A stretch of 63,891 bases of DNA, filler included, from Kipferlia bialata (lineage: Eukaryota): NCBI GenBank assembly GCA_003568945.1. It is 4 parts of 4 records of this genome, joined end to end, with 100 filler letters (N's around TTAATTAATTAA, not from the genome) between each part and the next. Parts side by side here need not be neighbours in the genome. Positions count along the whole stretch, not along the records: positions 1 to 15,920 come from BDIP01000649.1; 3 more parts are not named here. One strand, written 5' to 3'. The position numbers and the translations under genes were made by a program. Positions 1 through 12,216 of the stretch are shown in pieces. The notes below the pieces were generated by a model, which was not told the DNA's origin, did no database searches, and saw only the letters and a list, made by a program, of their open reading frames with translations. The first letter of the stretch is position 1. Every line of letters begins with the position of its first letter.

Positions 1-299
1 GCTGATTGAGGGAGACTCCTCCCCTAGCACTGCCACCACAGAGTCACCGACCACAACTGTCTCCAGTGATGCTACGGAGGGAGAGAGAGAGAGAGAGGAC
101 AGGCAGAGGCAGGTAGAGGCTACGAAGGTGTGCCCCTGAGGGACTGTCTCTCCTATGTCGGTAGATGCCCGTGTGTAACATCAATACTCTTTCCCTCTTC
201 CCCCACCCCCAGGTCCCCTGCCCCCACCTGGTCAGTGCACAGGGATGGGCCAATGGGGGGCTGGAGTGGCAGTGAGATATACATAGGACAGGGTACGTA
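1..299 (+). CDS. Possible 3' terminal exons of an upstream gene
   Basis: GC-rich coding-like sequence with a typical CCCCAG acceptor at ~212. Frame and stop codon are ambiguous. Confidence 0.3.
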
Positions 300-497
300 G
301 CCTTCTACCCTGAGTACCTCTGAGAGATACTATATCTAAAGGCCTTCCCCAAAGAGAGAGGGAGAGAGTCCATTTAGTTCATGTGCAATTGATGTCAATA
401 GACCTGCGAGTTTAATCGTCTTTCGGTGTGGATTACATGTCAAAGCAATCGTCATCGATTGATTGGCTCTCTCCTTCTTTCGAATGACTAAGGAGAC

Positions 498-959
498 ATG
501 GCGGACGCAGACCCCCCCAACCCCCCCACCTGTGACGTGGAGTGTATGCCGGGTGAGACCTGCCACTGGCTAATGAGGGAGGACGGGTACAGGGTGTTCT
601 ACCGCATCACCAGGCCTGTCCACCCCGACCCCAACCCCATAGACACTCTATCCCCCTCCCTGGACCCTCCCTATCTGATGGCACCCATCCTTGGTCTGGT
701 CCTCATGTTCCATGGCATGGGGGGGCACAGCGGCAGGTTCACCACAGCATGCCGGTACTTTGCGGCACATGGTCTTGCTTGTGTCTCACTGGACTACAGA
801 GGTGTGTATATAGTGCATATGCATCTATATAAGTCTGGTATATAATGGTGTCTTGTATCTATGTATCTATGTATCTCTGTATGTGTGTATACCTCTAATC
901 CCCCAGGCCATGGCAGGACATGGGAGGCCAACAGGCACATGTACAAGGTGGGGCCCATA

Positions 960-997
<38 letters not shown>

Positions 998-2819
998 TTA
1001 TTAATACAGTCTATCTGGTTGTGGGACGCCATTAGACACAGTGCCTCAGTGTTCAGTGACACTCGTTTCGACCCTCACTTCCTATCACAATATCCTCTCT
1101 CTTTTCCTGTTCTCATATTGTCTTGCCTTCACTTTCAGATGAGTTTATGTCTTATTCTCATCTTACCCTCACCTCCAGATTGTGCTTGACCCCGGCCCCC
1201 TTGGCTACCGAGGCATCCTGGATGATGCCATGGCTGTGCTGCATGAGGCCAGGGTGTATCTGGATGCAGCACTCACACCCACCTACCTGATAGGGCACAG
1301 CATGGGCAGTCTGCTGGCTCAGGTATACCCGCATATATCCTCACACATACACTATCATATCATATATCTGGTCCAGGTACATACCCTTATCGTACCATGA
1401 CATGTATGTACCTCTCTCACACCAGTCCCTGCTCTTCCTTCCCATCAGCAGAGGGGTCTTCACATCAGCCGTGCTCACAGGTAGGGGTAGGAGTAGTTAT
1501 AGGATAGACCATGTGTCTGTACCCCCTCTATACTACACACTCTATCATACTCTGCCTTACCCCAGGCACTCCTCTCAGACAGGGCAAGAACGTGTCGGTG
1601 CCTCTGCCCATGGTGAGTGTTATAAGAAGGCACTTCTGGATGGAACTAAACTTACAAATGTAATGTGTTTATATGTGTATGCGATAACATTGCCTGACCC
1701 CCAGGTCCTCAAGGCCCTGTCCCTAGCCCCCAACAACCTGTGCATGCCAAGGACACTCAGGAGGGGGATACGCAGGTGAGTATACATATATTCCTTCGCA
1801 TATATTGTGTGTGCTCTGATAGTAGGTGATACAGTCTGTCTACTTGGATCTAACCCCTAGGTACAACCGACGCTGGAGACACCAGGCAAGACGGGAGGGA
1901 GTGCCAGAGATCAAGGGGTGGGTACATATATATATAGGCACAGCCTGCGTATTCCACAGCCCAACACCCCTCTTCCCTCTCACACCTTAGCTTTGAGTGG
2001 ATGTGCTCTGACTCCGACACCGTCAGAGAGCAGATAGTACAGGAGGTGAGACACTGCTACTGACACCGTATGTGTGGCAGAGTTCCTCCTTCTTACTGTC
2101 TCTCTCTCTCTCTATATATATATGTGTGTGTACTATACCCACCCCTCTGACTCTCAGACCTATGGCGTCAAGGCCATGATAGGGACCAGACAGAGACCGG
2201 TGTGCCCTGTGCGGTACGTGCCAATCATCTCTCTCTCTCTCTCTCTCTTACCCTCTCCCTCACCCCCAGCCACTTCCAGAACCTCCTCTCCATGATATCG
2301 TTCTGCATGGACCCCAGTAGTGTGACCCACATACCACAGACAGAGAGGACACCCATCCTGTACCTATCTGGCACACAGGACTCGGTCGGGAGGTATGCAA
2401 CTATATCTTGTCACAACTTCGTCTACTCTTTCCCAGACCCCTTTCTCAGTGGCACATGATACAGCTCCATGCCTATATCCAACTCTCCTTCTCCTGTATG
2501 ATTGTATTGTCACGACTTTGTCTCTGCTACCTATACTAACGCCAGGTTTGGCCAGAATGTGGAGAGACAGCTGGACCACATGCGTGGCCTGGGGTGGCCT
2601 GCCGAGATGGTGCTGCTGGGTGGTCTGAGGCACAGTGTGTGGCTGGAGAGAGACACCACAGTGCACAACATCACCCTGGACTACCTCACCAGGGAGAGGG
2701 AGAGAGACAGAGAGACTGGCACGGCTGGAACTGGTCAAGAGAGAGAGGTTGGTGCTCAGAATAGGGGTGCAGGGGAGCATACTGAGACTACCCCTCTACT
2801 CACCACGGCTCAGGAGTAA
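498..2819 (+). CDS. Multi-exon alpha/beta hydrolase (monoglyceride lipase / lysophospholipase-like, Hydrolase_4 type)
   Basis: Spliced product contains LMFHGMGGHSGRF, ACVSLDYRG|HGR (split by an intron at ~802-906), the nucleophile elbow YLIGHSMGSLLA, LYLSGTQDSV and GLRHSVWLE (catalytic Asp and His candidates). Stop TAA 2817-2819. Confidence 0.85.
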
Positions 2820-3030
2820 TAGGATAAATGACGTATGTCTGGTATGCATTATCAACTAAAACCAAGGAAACCACCCTTATTCAGAGGATATTGTATGGGA
2901 GAGGATACTCATGATTTTTGCTATTAGTAAGCTTAGATCTATCACGTTTGCTTGTGAATGAATTTGACACCGATCTTGGGTTCTCTCGCAGAGAGTCACC
3001 TGACTTTTCTCGAATCCCCCCCTTGTTGGG

Positions 3031-6017
3031 ATGTCGGAGTGTCTGTTGAAGTGCGACACACTCCGAGTCACACCCTATGAATTGAGTGAGTATCAGTGTA
3101 CTCACCGACACTGATATATACAACAGCCTGATGGCTGGCTTTTTGGGATTTGGTACCGATACCGACACTTGATACTGGCACTCATGCTGATATTGCACTT
3201 TTGATATACACAACTGACCCCAGGCTGGTTCAATCCCGAGGGCAGGGTGTCTGTGTTCTCTGAGACATCCATACCCGAGGACAGTGACGAGGGGGAGAGG
3301 GAGGGGTCAAGGGTAGTAGCCCCCCGACACAGTGCCTCTTCCGATGCCCCCTCTGTGTGTGGGTCTGGGTGCAGTGACACCCTTGAGGAGTGTGTGGTGG
3401 AGGGGTGTCTGCCCCACAAGGCATACGGCACAGCCACTCTCCACAGGCTGGCAGAGGGTGGGCGGGGATGAATACATATATGGACTCTGTGTGCATATAT
3501 ATATATACATATAGGTTCATCTGTGTATTTGTGTTTCGATTTGTGTCTCCGGTCTTTCCTTTGTTTTCAACCTGCCCATGATCTCTTCACTTATCCTCCT
3601 TCCCTCTCTCTCTCCTACCCCTCTGGCCTCACCCCAAGGCGTGTGCATGGTGCTCGGTCAGAACACCCTGGGGTCTTCAATGGTGTGGACTACTGCTGTA
3701 TACATTATTGATGAATCCCCCGCCCCTCCCCCCTCCGTCATTCACTCACCTCCTATATCACTAAGACATTCAGACACGGATGCCCTTATCTATATTTTGT
3801 CTTCTCTTCTATATCTGTCTCTTACCATCACTCTCTTCCTCTCTCACGCAGAGAGACCTGTACAATGGTGACAACCCCCACCCCTGCCTCGCGGTGAGTG
3901 TCACCCTACCCACACCCTCTGCCCCCTGTGCCCCCCAGCCCATAGTAGTATCGACAGAGGCCCTGCCCTACCCTGTGGACAGGAGGGTCCGGGGCATGGC
4001 CCTGGCGGTGGTGGGGGGGAGGGCATATCTACACGGGGGTGGGTGGCAGTATCAGTGATACATATATGTATATACTGTACGATCATGTGTATATAGATGC
4101 ACACCCCCACACCCCAGGCACTAGGAATGAGGGCCACCCCAGCCAGATCAAGGACACCTGGACCATGGACCTAGGTGTGTGTATATATAGGGCAGACATG
4201 CATATCCACCTGGTGTATATGTATATCACTACACTCTCCATTTTTGTAGTGGAACTATGTACCATATCTTTTATGTACCCTTCTCACCCCCTCCTCACCC
4301 CCCCCAGACACTAGACGCTGGGTCAAGCTGGGCAGCAGGAAGAGAAGACACCCCCAGGGCAGCAGGGTGAAGCCCCCCGCCCTGTATCAGGCCATGGCCT
4401 GGGAGGGGGAGGGGCAGATGCTGGTGGCAGGTGGGTATGCTAGAGTGTGACTGACTAGTCGGGTACATAATACACACTGTATATATGAAACTGATGCTGT
4501 TACCGATACATATGCAGGTGGCAGGTGGGTGTGGATACTGTAGTGCAGATAGTAACAGTGACAGTATGTTGATGTCACACCCTCACCCAACAGGAGGTGG
4601 AAATGAGCACAGGCCCCTCAAGGACCTCTACTCATACGACCCAGAAGAGCAGGTAGGAATATATATATCGGAGAGGAGTGCATACTTGTTCCTGTTATGC
4701 ATGTATATGTGATACTTATACTGAGTTACTTATATGCTGATATATACCACCTGACCCCCAGGTGTGGAGTGAGCTCCCCCCCCCATGATAGATATTATAT
4801 ATACATATGATATTGAATTTCTTTTTACACAATATGGATATAGTATATATTATATACACTATACTATATATATAGTATCTAATTAGGTATATACCTAACC
4901 TCTAGGTGTGGAGTCAGCTCCCCCCCATGCACATCCCTGATGGTATGGACAGTGTGGATAGGAGACACGCAGCAAACGACATAGCCAAGCACGCAGTGGT
5001 AGACGGAACGGTATACGTACTAGGTACACTCCCTACTGTTCTCTCGTCTATCTATCTGTACCCATAATTCAGGAGGCCTTGCAGGTATAGACTCCTGGCA
5101 GTCCTACACCCCATCCCCTAAGTGGGAGGGAGAGACAGGGAGGCCAGGGAGGGATGTGTGGCATGTGCTGCCCACCCCTCCATTCAGAAGGGTTGGGTGT
5201 GCACTGTTGGCATATGGTGAGTGACTGAGAGGGGAGGTATACACTCTTACTGTGTTTTTAGTTTGCCTTACCTCTCAGGCACCCTAGTACTAGTGTTTGG
5301 AGGCTATAGTAGGGACGGGGAGGGGTACAACAGGTCTCCAGTCCATGCATACGACACCATATCAGGTATATAGACTGTGTATGCACTATCACTGTCACTG
5401 TCCCATTACCCAGTGAAGCGAGTAGGAGTGTGTTGCAATACATATATATTGCAGTATGCACATTCTCTATATACCAGTCTGACCCCATGCGAGTGGATGG
5501 TGGTGTGTCTGGATGGGCCTAGGTTCAGTGAGGGCACGGCATGCATGGTCAGACACGACACAGCTCTGGTGTACACGGGGCAGGGTGCGGCATGATATAA
5601 TAATGATATAGTACTGATATATGAGTGGTATAGTAATGCATACTGATACTGCTCTGGTGTACACGGGGCAGGGTGCGACACACTGTGTATGATAATGACA
5701 TACTGATACTGATACTGATACCGACACAGCACTAGTGTACACGGGGCAGGGTGCGGCATGATATAGTAGTGATATAGTAGTGGTATAAGAGTGATATAGA
5801 AATGACATACTGATACTGATACTGCGCTAGTCTACACAGGGAAAGATGCGGCAGACACAGACTTGCTGTGTGTAAGGCATAGTCTCTCCTCCCTACCCTT
5901 TGTTCCCATTACTTTTCTTACGTCTCAGGCCATGTAATTCTTAGACTGGAGTCCCTGGCACCCCCTGAGTGTCCGAATGTACATCTCTCACACATGTGGA
6001 ATGAGACAGGGTGGTGA
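3031..6017 (+). CDS. Multi-exon Kelch-repeat beta-propeller protein
   Basis: ATG 3031 (MSECLLKCDTLRVTPYEL|SWFNPEG). Kelch blades ALAVVGGRAYLHGG, GGNEHRPLKDLYSYDPEEQ|VWSQLPPM, HAVVDGTVYVLGG and GTLVLVFGGY...VHAYDTIS|GEW. Last exon GHVILRLES...NETGW, stop TGA 6015-6017. Confidence 0.8.
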
Positions 6018-6674
6018 TACATGCTATGGTTGGTTACCACTCTGTTGTATGCCCCTAGGAGAGAGAGCGTCTCCTATTATACCACTGGACTCCTTATGGA
6101 TGATGCTGAACCAACGAGTGCAGGGTTGTTTGGCCCTCTTGCAGAGCCTTTCTCCCATAGGACACAACGCGTCGACGGGAAGGATAGTACTTGTCATGGA
6201 TCCCCCTGAATGAGTGCGGTCTCCATACACCACCCCCTGTTGTATGACATCCAGCGGTACTGATGGTGTGACATGTGTGACAGGTGTGACATGTGGGGTG
6301 TATAGGATCACTCTGGTGTCGAGGACCCAGTGCAGTGGTGTTAAATGAGGCATCCACGATGAACGTAGGACGTTAGGTAGCCTCACTAACAGTGTCAATA
6401 AGTCTTGCTTAGATGAGTAAATCACCCAGAGTGAACAGGAGTTCATTATATCTCCGGTTTGCAATCGTATCTCGCCGCATTCGCTGCAGAGACATAATAA
6501 ACGAGTTAGCGTTGCCAAACACTCGACGGTCAAGTCGACGTCGCCTGAACCCTTATCCATTCATTGGAATCAAAAACACGTTGAAACGGTGAATTGGGTC
6601 TGTATGAGTCATACTATGACCACTGTCTTAGCTCTGCATTGGGCGCATCCTTGGTCCCTTTCCGCTCAGGTTAT

Positions 6675-7299
6675 ATGGCTGGGGCCAAAGCGGACAAGGG
6701 TGGTCCACAGGCCCTCCTCCGGGCGCCATACTTCGTAGGAGCAGGTATCCACCATATTACCTGCTCATGGGAATGTATAGAACAGCCAAGTATTTGCCTG
6801 AATAAGATAACTAGAGTGGTGGTGTCTCCCCCGCGATACCACGCATTGTCTCTTCTGTTCGGACGTCTCCCCCCACCCCCAGGCAATGTGTACCTCTCTC
6901 TGGTCTGTATCACTGCCCTGGCCGTTGTGTTGCTGCACAGGATAGTGTACATGGAGGACGTCCCACAGCCCATCCCAGTGCTCGTAGCTGACGGAAGCAC
7001 CTTGTTGTTAGGTATATAGCTGGAGTCTGTTCCTGTGTGCATTTCCATGTTACTAGTTGACACATGGGGTATTCAGCAAATTGCTGTGCCGTACTCCCGC
7101 CCATGGGGTCTCTCTCTCTCTCTCTCTCTCTCCCCCCCCCCATCTCCCCCTCTCTTTCTCTCTCTGCATGTGCCTCTAACCCCTAGTCTTTGTGCTGCTC
7201 TGGTTCCACACCGGCATAGTCTCCTTCTGGATCTGTATAGTGTGGTCCCTGTGTCTGTCAGGAGTCTCCCTGTATGAGAACATCACCAAGGACACACCG
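6675..7299 (+). CDS. Hypothetical multi-pass membrane protein, 5' part (3' end not recovered beyond the poly-C tract)
   Basis: Three in-phase exons: MAGAKADKGG..., NVYLSLVCITALAVVLLHRIV..., FVLLWFHTGIVSFWICIVWSLCLSGV. An apparent 5'UTR intron at 6589-6669 precedes the ATG. Confidence 0.55.
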
Positions 7300-7370
7300 G
7301 TATGTTTTATCATTATTGAGTGCACATGGGGGACTCGTCCCCCCCCCCCCCCCCCCCCCCCTTTTTTTTT

Positions 7371-7422
<52 letters not shown>

Positions 7423-7787
7423 TTTGGCGGACGCGGTGTTGCCTTACAATACCTTTCCCTCTCCCCATTACAATGTGTCTCTCTCCAATCCCTTTTGACC
7501 TCAATGTAATGTATAATGTGTCCCCCATATCTATATATCCATGCATCGCCACTTATGCCATAGTGTTAAGACATTCCCAGATATACGTGTCCGTTATGTG
7601 TGCTTTTGAATGTATTCATACCCAGATATTTGGCTCTTGTCAGTTTCTAGCAATATGAGTTTTCTATCTCTTCAAGGATACTATCTCTTTAAGGATATGT
7701 ATGTTATGTCCAGTGGAGTGCTACCCTTTCATACTCTCTATGACAACTATGTATATGTATATACATATTTGTTTACTTACTCTTTAG

Positions 7788-8880
7788 GGATGTGTCAGTT
7801 ATGCATGTCCAGTGGAGTGCTGCCCTTCCTGCTCAGGAGTGACATGCAATCATCTAAAGAGCATGAATCCCCACTCTGTGACTCACAGTGTGAGAGTGCT
7901 GTGCCACTATTCCCACCCTTCTCTGGAAGCACAGTCCAGCCATGCCCTGACATAAGGGTGGCAGAGCAGACTGGACATAACCAGGTATAGAACCATATAT
8001 ATATATAGTTGTTCAATATACATCCTTGCCCTGTCATCTTGTTATATATATATAAGAATATAGATAGGTATATATATATATATGTAATACTTTATATGTA
8101 TATATATATATACCTTCAGATACTGGCCATTCCTTGCCCTGTCATCTGGGCGACAGAGAGGGTTGGACACAACCAGTAGTGCCCTCCCCCTCCCCCCCCC
8201 TCCCCCGTCTCTCCATATCTTCACAATTAAACCATTAGCGTGTATATCACATCTCATGTCCAGCTGATTGGGATAGATGACAGGGGGAAGGTGGTGCATA
8301 TATACCACAAGGCAGGAGACCGTACGCGAGATAGCCATCCGGTGTTCGAAATGGCTGTGAGAGGGATGCCAAACCCATGCCTCGATGACGTTATTGTCAA
8401 GGGAGTTACGCGAGATATTCGCAACACGCGAGATAGCAGCGCAAAGGGTGTCAGGTTCCAGGTTCAAGAGTATCTTCCGAAGAAGGGACCCATGTTGCAT
8501 GTCGGTGGGAAGGTATATATACAGGGTTACTTATATATGCTGTGTATATATGTGTTGTATGTATTATATACATTTTATACGTACCAGAGCACATGTATAA
8601 TCTTCTTGATTCTTATTATCTATGTTTTATCCTACAGTATCCAGCTTCATATCTCTCTCCATCACTCCAGCCATATATGATATATATATATATATATATA
8701 TAAATAATATACATTGCTACAACAGTCATGTATGACATTGATATATCATTCACTCCTCACGACACTGGAGATGGGTTATATATATATATACGTAGAAGTA
8801 TGTATGTATTATTACTCTGACTCCAGGTTTACTTCTGCTGTGACTATGGCCAAGTGTTCACACTTGACCTGGCAACTGAG
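7788..8880 (+). CDS. Hypothetical protein fragment, possibly Kelch/beta-propeller-like; truncated before the N gap
   Basis: Exons MCQLCMSSGVLPF...GHNQ | ILAIPCPVIWATER | LIGIDDRGKVV...PMLHVGGK | VYFCCDYGQVFTLDLATE. The frame is supported by synonymous differences in the intronic echoes at ~7706 and ~8957. Confidence 0.5.
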
Positions 8881-9307
8881 GTACGTTTAGATGTATGTTT
8901 CTGTATAGATATACTTAGATGTATACGAGAGTTACGTTGATTTAGTAATATTCATTGTGTTCACCCTTGACCTGGCCAGTGAAGTACGTTGGTTCAGTTA
9001 TATACGAAAGTATGGGTTCAGTTATACATACGACAGTATTGGTTTGGATGTAGGAGATTAGGATATGAGTTTTATTGTAAGACTCTTCCTATCTCTAGCA
9101 CAGAAATTAATAGTGTTATACTATATTCATAGATAATGCAAGATGTCTTTTGGCACCTTCTCTAGTAATTATTATATTATATATATATTATAATAATAAT
9201 AAAATATAATAATTAATTATAATAATAATAAAATATAATAATAATTAATTATATATATTATCTAGTAATTGTCCGAACTACCCCCCCTCATCAGCTATAT
9301 TCACTAT

Positions 9308-9662
9308 NNNNNNNNNNNNNNNNNNNNNNNNNNNNNNNNNNNNNNNNNNNNNNNNNNNNNNNNNNNNNNNNNNNNNNNNNNNNNNNNNNNNNNNNNNNNN
9401 NNNNNNNNNNNNNNNNNNNNNNNNNNNNNNNNNNNNNNNNNNNNNNNNNNNNNNNNNNNNNNNNNNNNNNNNNNNNNNNNNNNNNNNNNNNNNNNNNNNN
9501 NNNNNNNNNNNNNNNNNNNNNNNNNNNNNNNNNNNNNNNNNNNNNNNNNNNNNNNNNNNNNNNNNNNNNNNNNNNNNNNNNNNNNNNNNNNNNNNNNNNN
9601 NNNNNNNNNNNNNNNNNNNNNNNNNNNNNNNNNNNNNNNNNNNNNNNNNNNNNNNNNNNNNN
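9308..9662. other. Scaffold gap (N run)
   Basis: Continuous Ns. Confidence 0.99.
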
Positions 9663-9667
9663 TCTGG

Positions 9668-9705
<38 letters not shown>

Positions 9706-9881
9706 CCCCCCCTTTCCCTCATATCCTGAACACTAGATCTATCTATTCAGATAATGTATTGTTTCCTTGACCCACCGGTATCCAAACGTATCGATACACA
9801 AATCATGAATATAGCCGCAAAGCCACTTCTCAGTGTAGCACAAGTGAGGAAGTATCTTCACAACAACGTGTCCCTCTATTA

Positions 9882-12047
9882 CTACCTTGCCGCCTCTGCA
9901 TACACTGTGAGGAGGTCCGCCAGGTCGAGGGTGTGTGAGGAGGAGGGTGAGGCCTGCCTCCTGACCGACACTGTGTGGGAGGGGTGCCACTGGAGGTCTA
10001 GGCAGTACGGCAGGACAGCAGGGCCAGGGTATCTGGGGGTGAGGACAAACACCAGAGAATAAAAAGAGATACATCTATATCCAGCACACCTGACCAGTGC
10101 CGAGAAGTGGTACTTCCTGGTCTCCCCCACAGCCACAGACCCCAGGTTGAAGGGTATCTGGCCCACCACTAGCAAGGGACATGCGGAGGCAGAGCCACCA
10201 GCGGCCCTGTCCCTATGCTCTGTGTGTGTGTGTGTGTGTGTCTCCTGTCTGTCTCTCTGGGTGTGTCTGAGGGATGCAGTGACAGGGGTACCCAGGGCAG
10301 TGTGGTTAGACACACTCAGGCACAGCGTCACAGTGTCACCCACTCTAACTACTCCGTCACTGCTAGTCTCTCCCTCCTCTGTATCTATAGGGGGTACTAC
10401 AGTGAGTGTCACCTTGGGCAGACCGTAGTCATCACCCGTGTCTCTGTCCCTGCCCTCCTCATACGGGATGTGGATGGGGACCTGGGGGGAGTATAGATAC
10501 ATACACAGTGGATAGTGTACACATATATATATGTATATATAGGTGTATATAGGTGTGTGTGTGTGTGTGTGTGGATGGGGACCTGGGGTTAGTATTATAG
10601 GCATTTACAATAGTGTACATATCTATCTATATGTGTGTGTGTGCGTGTGTGGATGTGGATGGGGACCTGGGGTGGGGGGAGTATAAACACATACTACATA
10701 CATATGTTGGTATAAAGGTGATGACGCTCCCTTACCTTGTATCCAAAGCTGGATGTGATTGATATGAGCTCATCTGACGCCTCTCTCGGCCTCCCGTTCA
10801 CCCTGGGGGTAAGGCGGTAGATAGATACATGAACACAATAGCTGAACACACACACCTACAAGACGTTATTTGTGTATATCAATCACACCTTGAGAGTATG
10901 GGCACCTCTATCTGGGGCCTGACTGTTGATGGTGTCCTGAGCTGTGCACTGGATGATGCATGCACAGCCAGTGGCTCTATGACATTAGCCACAGAGGGCA
11001 GGGGGGGAGGGGGCAGGGATGAGTAGTCACACACCAGAGAGGCACGGTGGGTGTCAGAGGGGCAGGCTGCACTGTTGGTGGGGTCCTGGCCACTCTTCTT
11101 CTCTGTCCCTGCCCTGGCCCTAGCCATGATCCTCTGGCATGCAGCCTCTAACGGGTCCTGTCTGGATGGTCCAGTGGGTGGGGGCAGGGTGCCGGTGATG
11201 TCGGGGTGGATCTGGGGTGAGAGGCAGTCTCTTGCATATATATATATATATTACTCTCACTGAAGGAGAAAGAAAGACATATAACATAATGTAGTAGGAA
11301 GTATAGGGTATAAAGTCCCCCCACCGTGTATGTGGCTGGTGTCCTCAGATGACTAGTGACTATTAGGGTGTCAGTCTCCTCACCAGCAGAGGACCTGGGG
11401 GGTCAGGAGGAGATGTCAAGAGTATATACTATCATCTCACTGTACTGCAGTACCACTGTGTCTCTGATATACCTCTTTCCCCTCCTTGTGACTGAGACTG
11501 GGTCAGAGCATGTGAGGGACAGATGCCGCACTGACGGTTAGATAAAGGGATGGATAGACAGAAACATACAGGTATCTAGGACACACACGAATGAATGAAT
11601 CATAACGCCCTGATATATGTATATATATATATATATATCACTGCACCCACCGACCGATGCCCTCATCCCACTGAACCTGACAGACAGGGTGTGCTGGCCA
11701 GCTGGGACCTAAGGGGTTAGACAACCCTCAGGTGATATGATAGAATAGTGTAATAATTCACCTTGTGTCTCTCGAATCTGGTGCTCCAGACTGGGTGCTT
11801 GCCAGGGGGAGAGGGGTGGACGCAGGGGGGGAGGGTCACCTGGGTGAAGCGGTCACACTCCTGAGGGTTGGGAAGTAGACCGACAGAGAGATGGAGTAGA
11901 CACATGAGGGAGATAATACACTACTAAACCACACCCACCTCATCGTCGAATGTGACACTGATGGATGCGTTGGCCAGCTCTGTGGGCAGTGTGTTGGTGA
12001 CCACCACCAGCACAGCCACGGTGCCAGACAGGGCGTGGGGGACATCA
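9882..12047 (-). CDS. 3' part of a multi-exon gene with Ig-like beta-sandwich domains, resembling the C-terminus of a large TRAPP subunit (TRAPPC9/Trs120- or TRAPPC10-like)
   Basis: Exons DVPHALSGTVAVLVVVTNTLPTELANASISVTFD... and VRVGDTVTLCLSVSNHT...LLVVGQIPFNLGSVAVGETRKYHFSALVR|YPG resemble my recollection of TRAPP-II large-subunit C-terminal domains. Stop TAG 9882-9884. The family call is tentative. Confidence 0.45.
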
Positions 12048-12072
12048 CTGGAGGTGAGGGGGAGCAGAGTAA

Positions 12073-12105
<33 letters not shown>

Positions 12106-12125
12106 GGGGGGGGGGGGGGGGGGGT

Positions 12126-12158
<33 letters not shown>

Positions 12159-12216
12159 GAAGAGGAGGATAAGAACTATAACAGAGTGCAGATACGTGGA
12201 CTGTATATGCCTGTAC

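Noticed and set aside
5562..5855. Kelch gene ending at TGA 5593-5595 followed by 3'UTR repeats
   Set aside because: The repeats are donor echoes (CAG G|GTGCGG), and an in-phase final exon at 5929-6017 completes the protein.
6024..6560. 178-aa minus-strand ORF
   Set aside because: No recognisable motif; it abuts the Kelch stop codon and covers the likely 3'UTR and the next gene's promoter. Probably chance, though not excluded.
7192..7658. Poly-proline / poly-glycine ORFs (also 11836-12491)
   Set aside because: Translations of intronic C/G homopolymer tracts.
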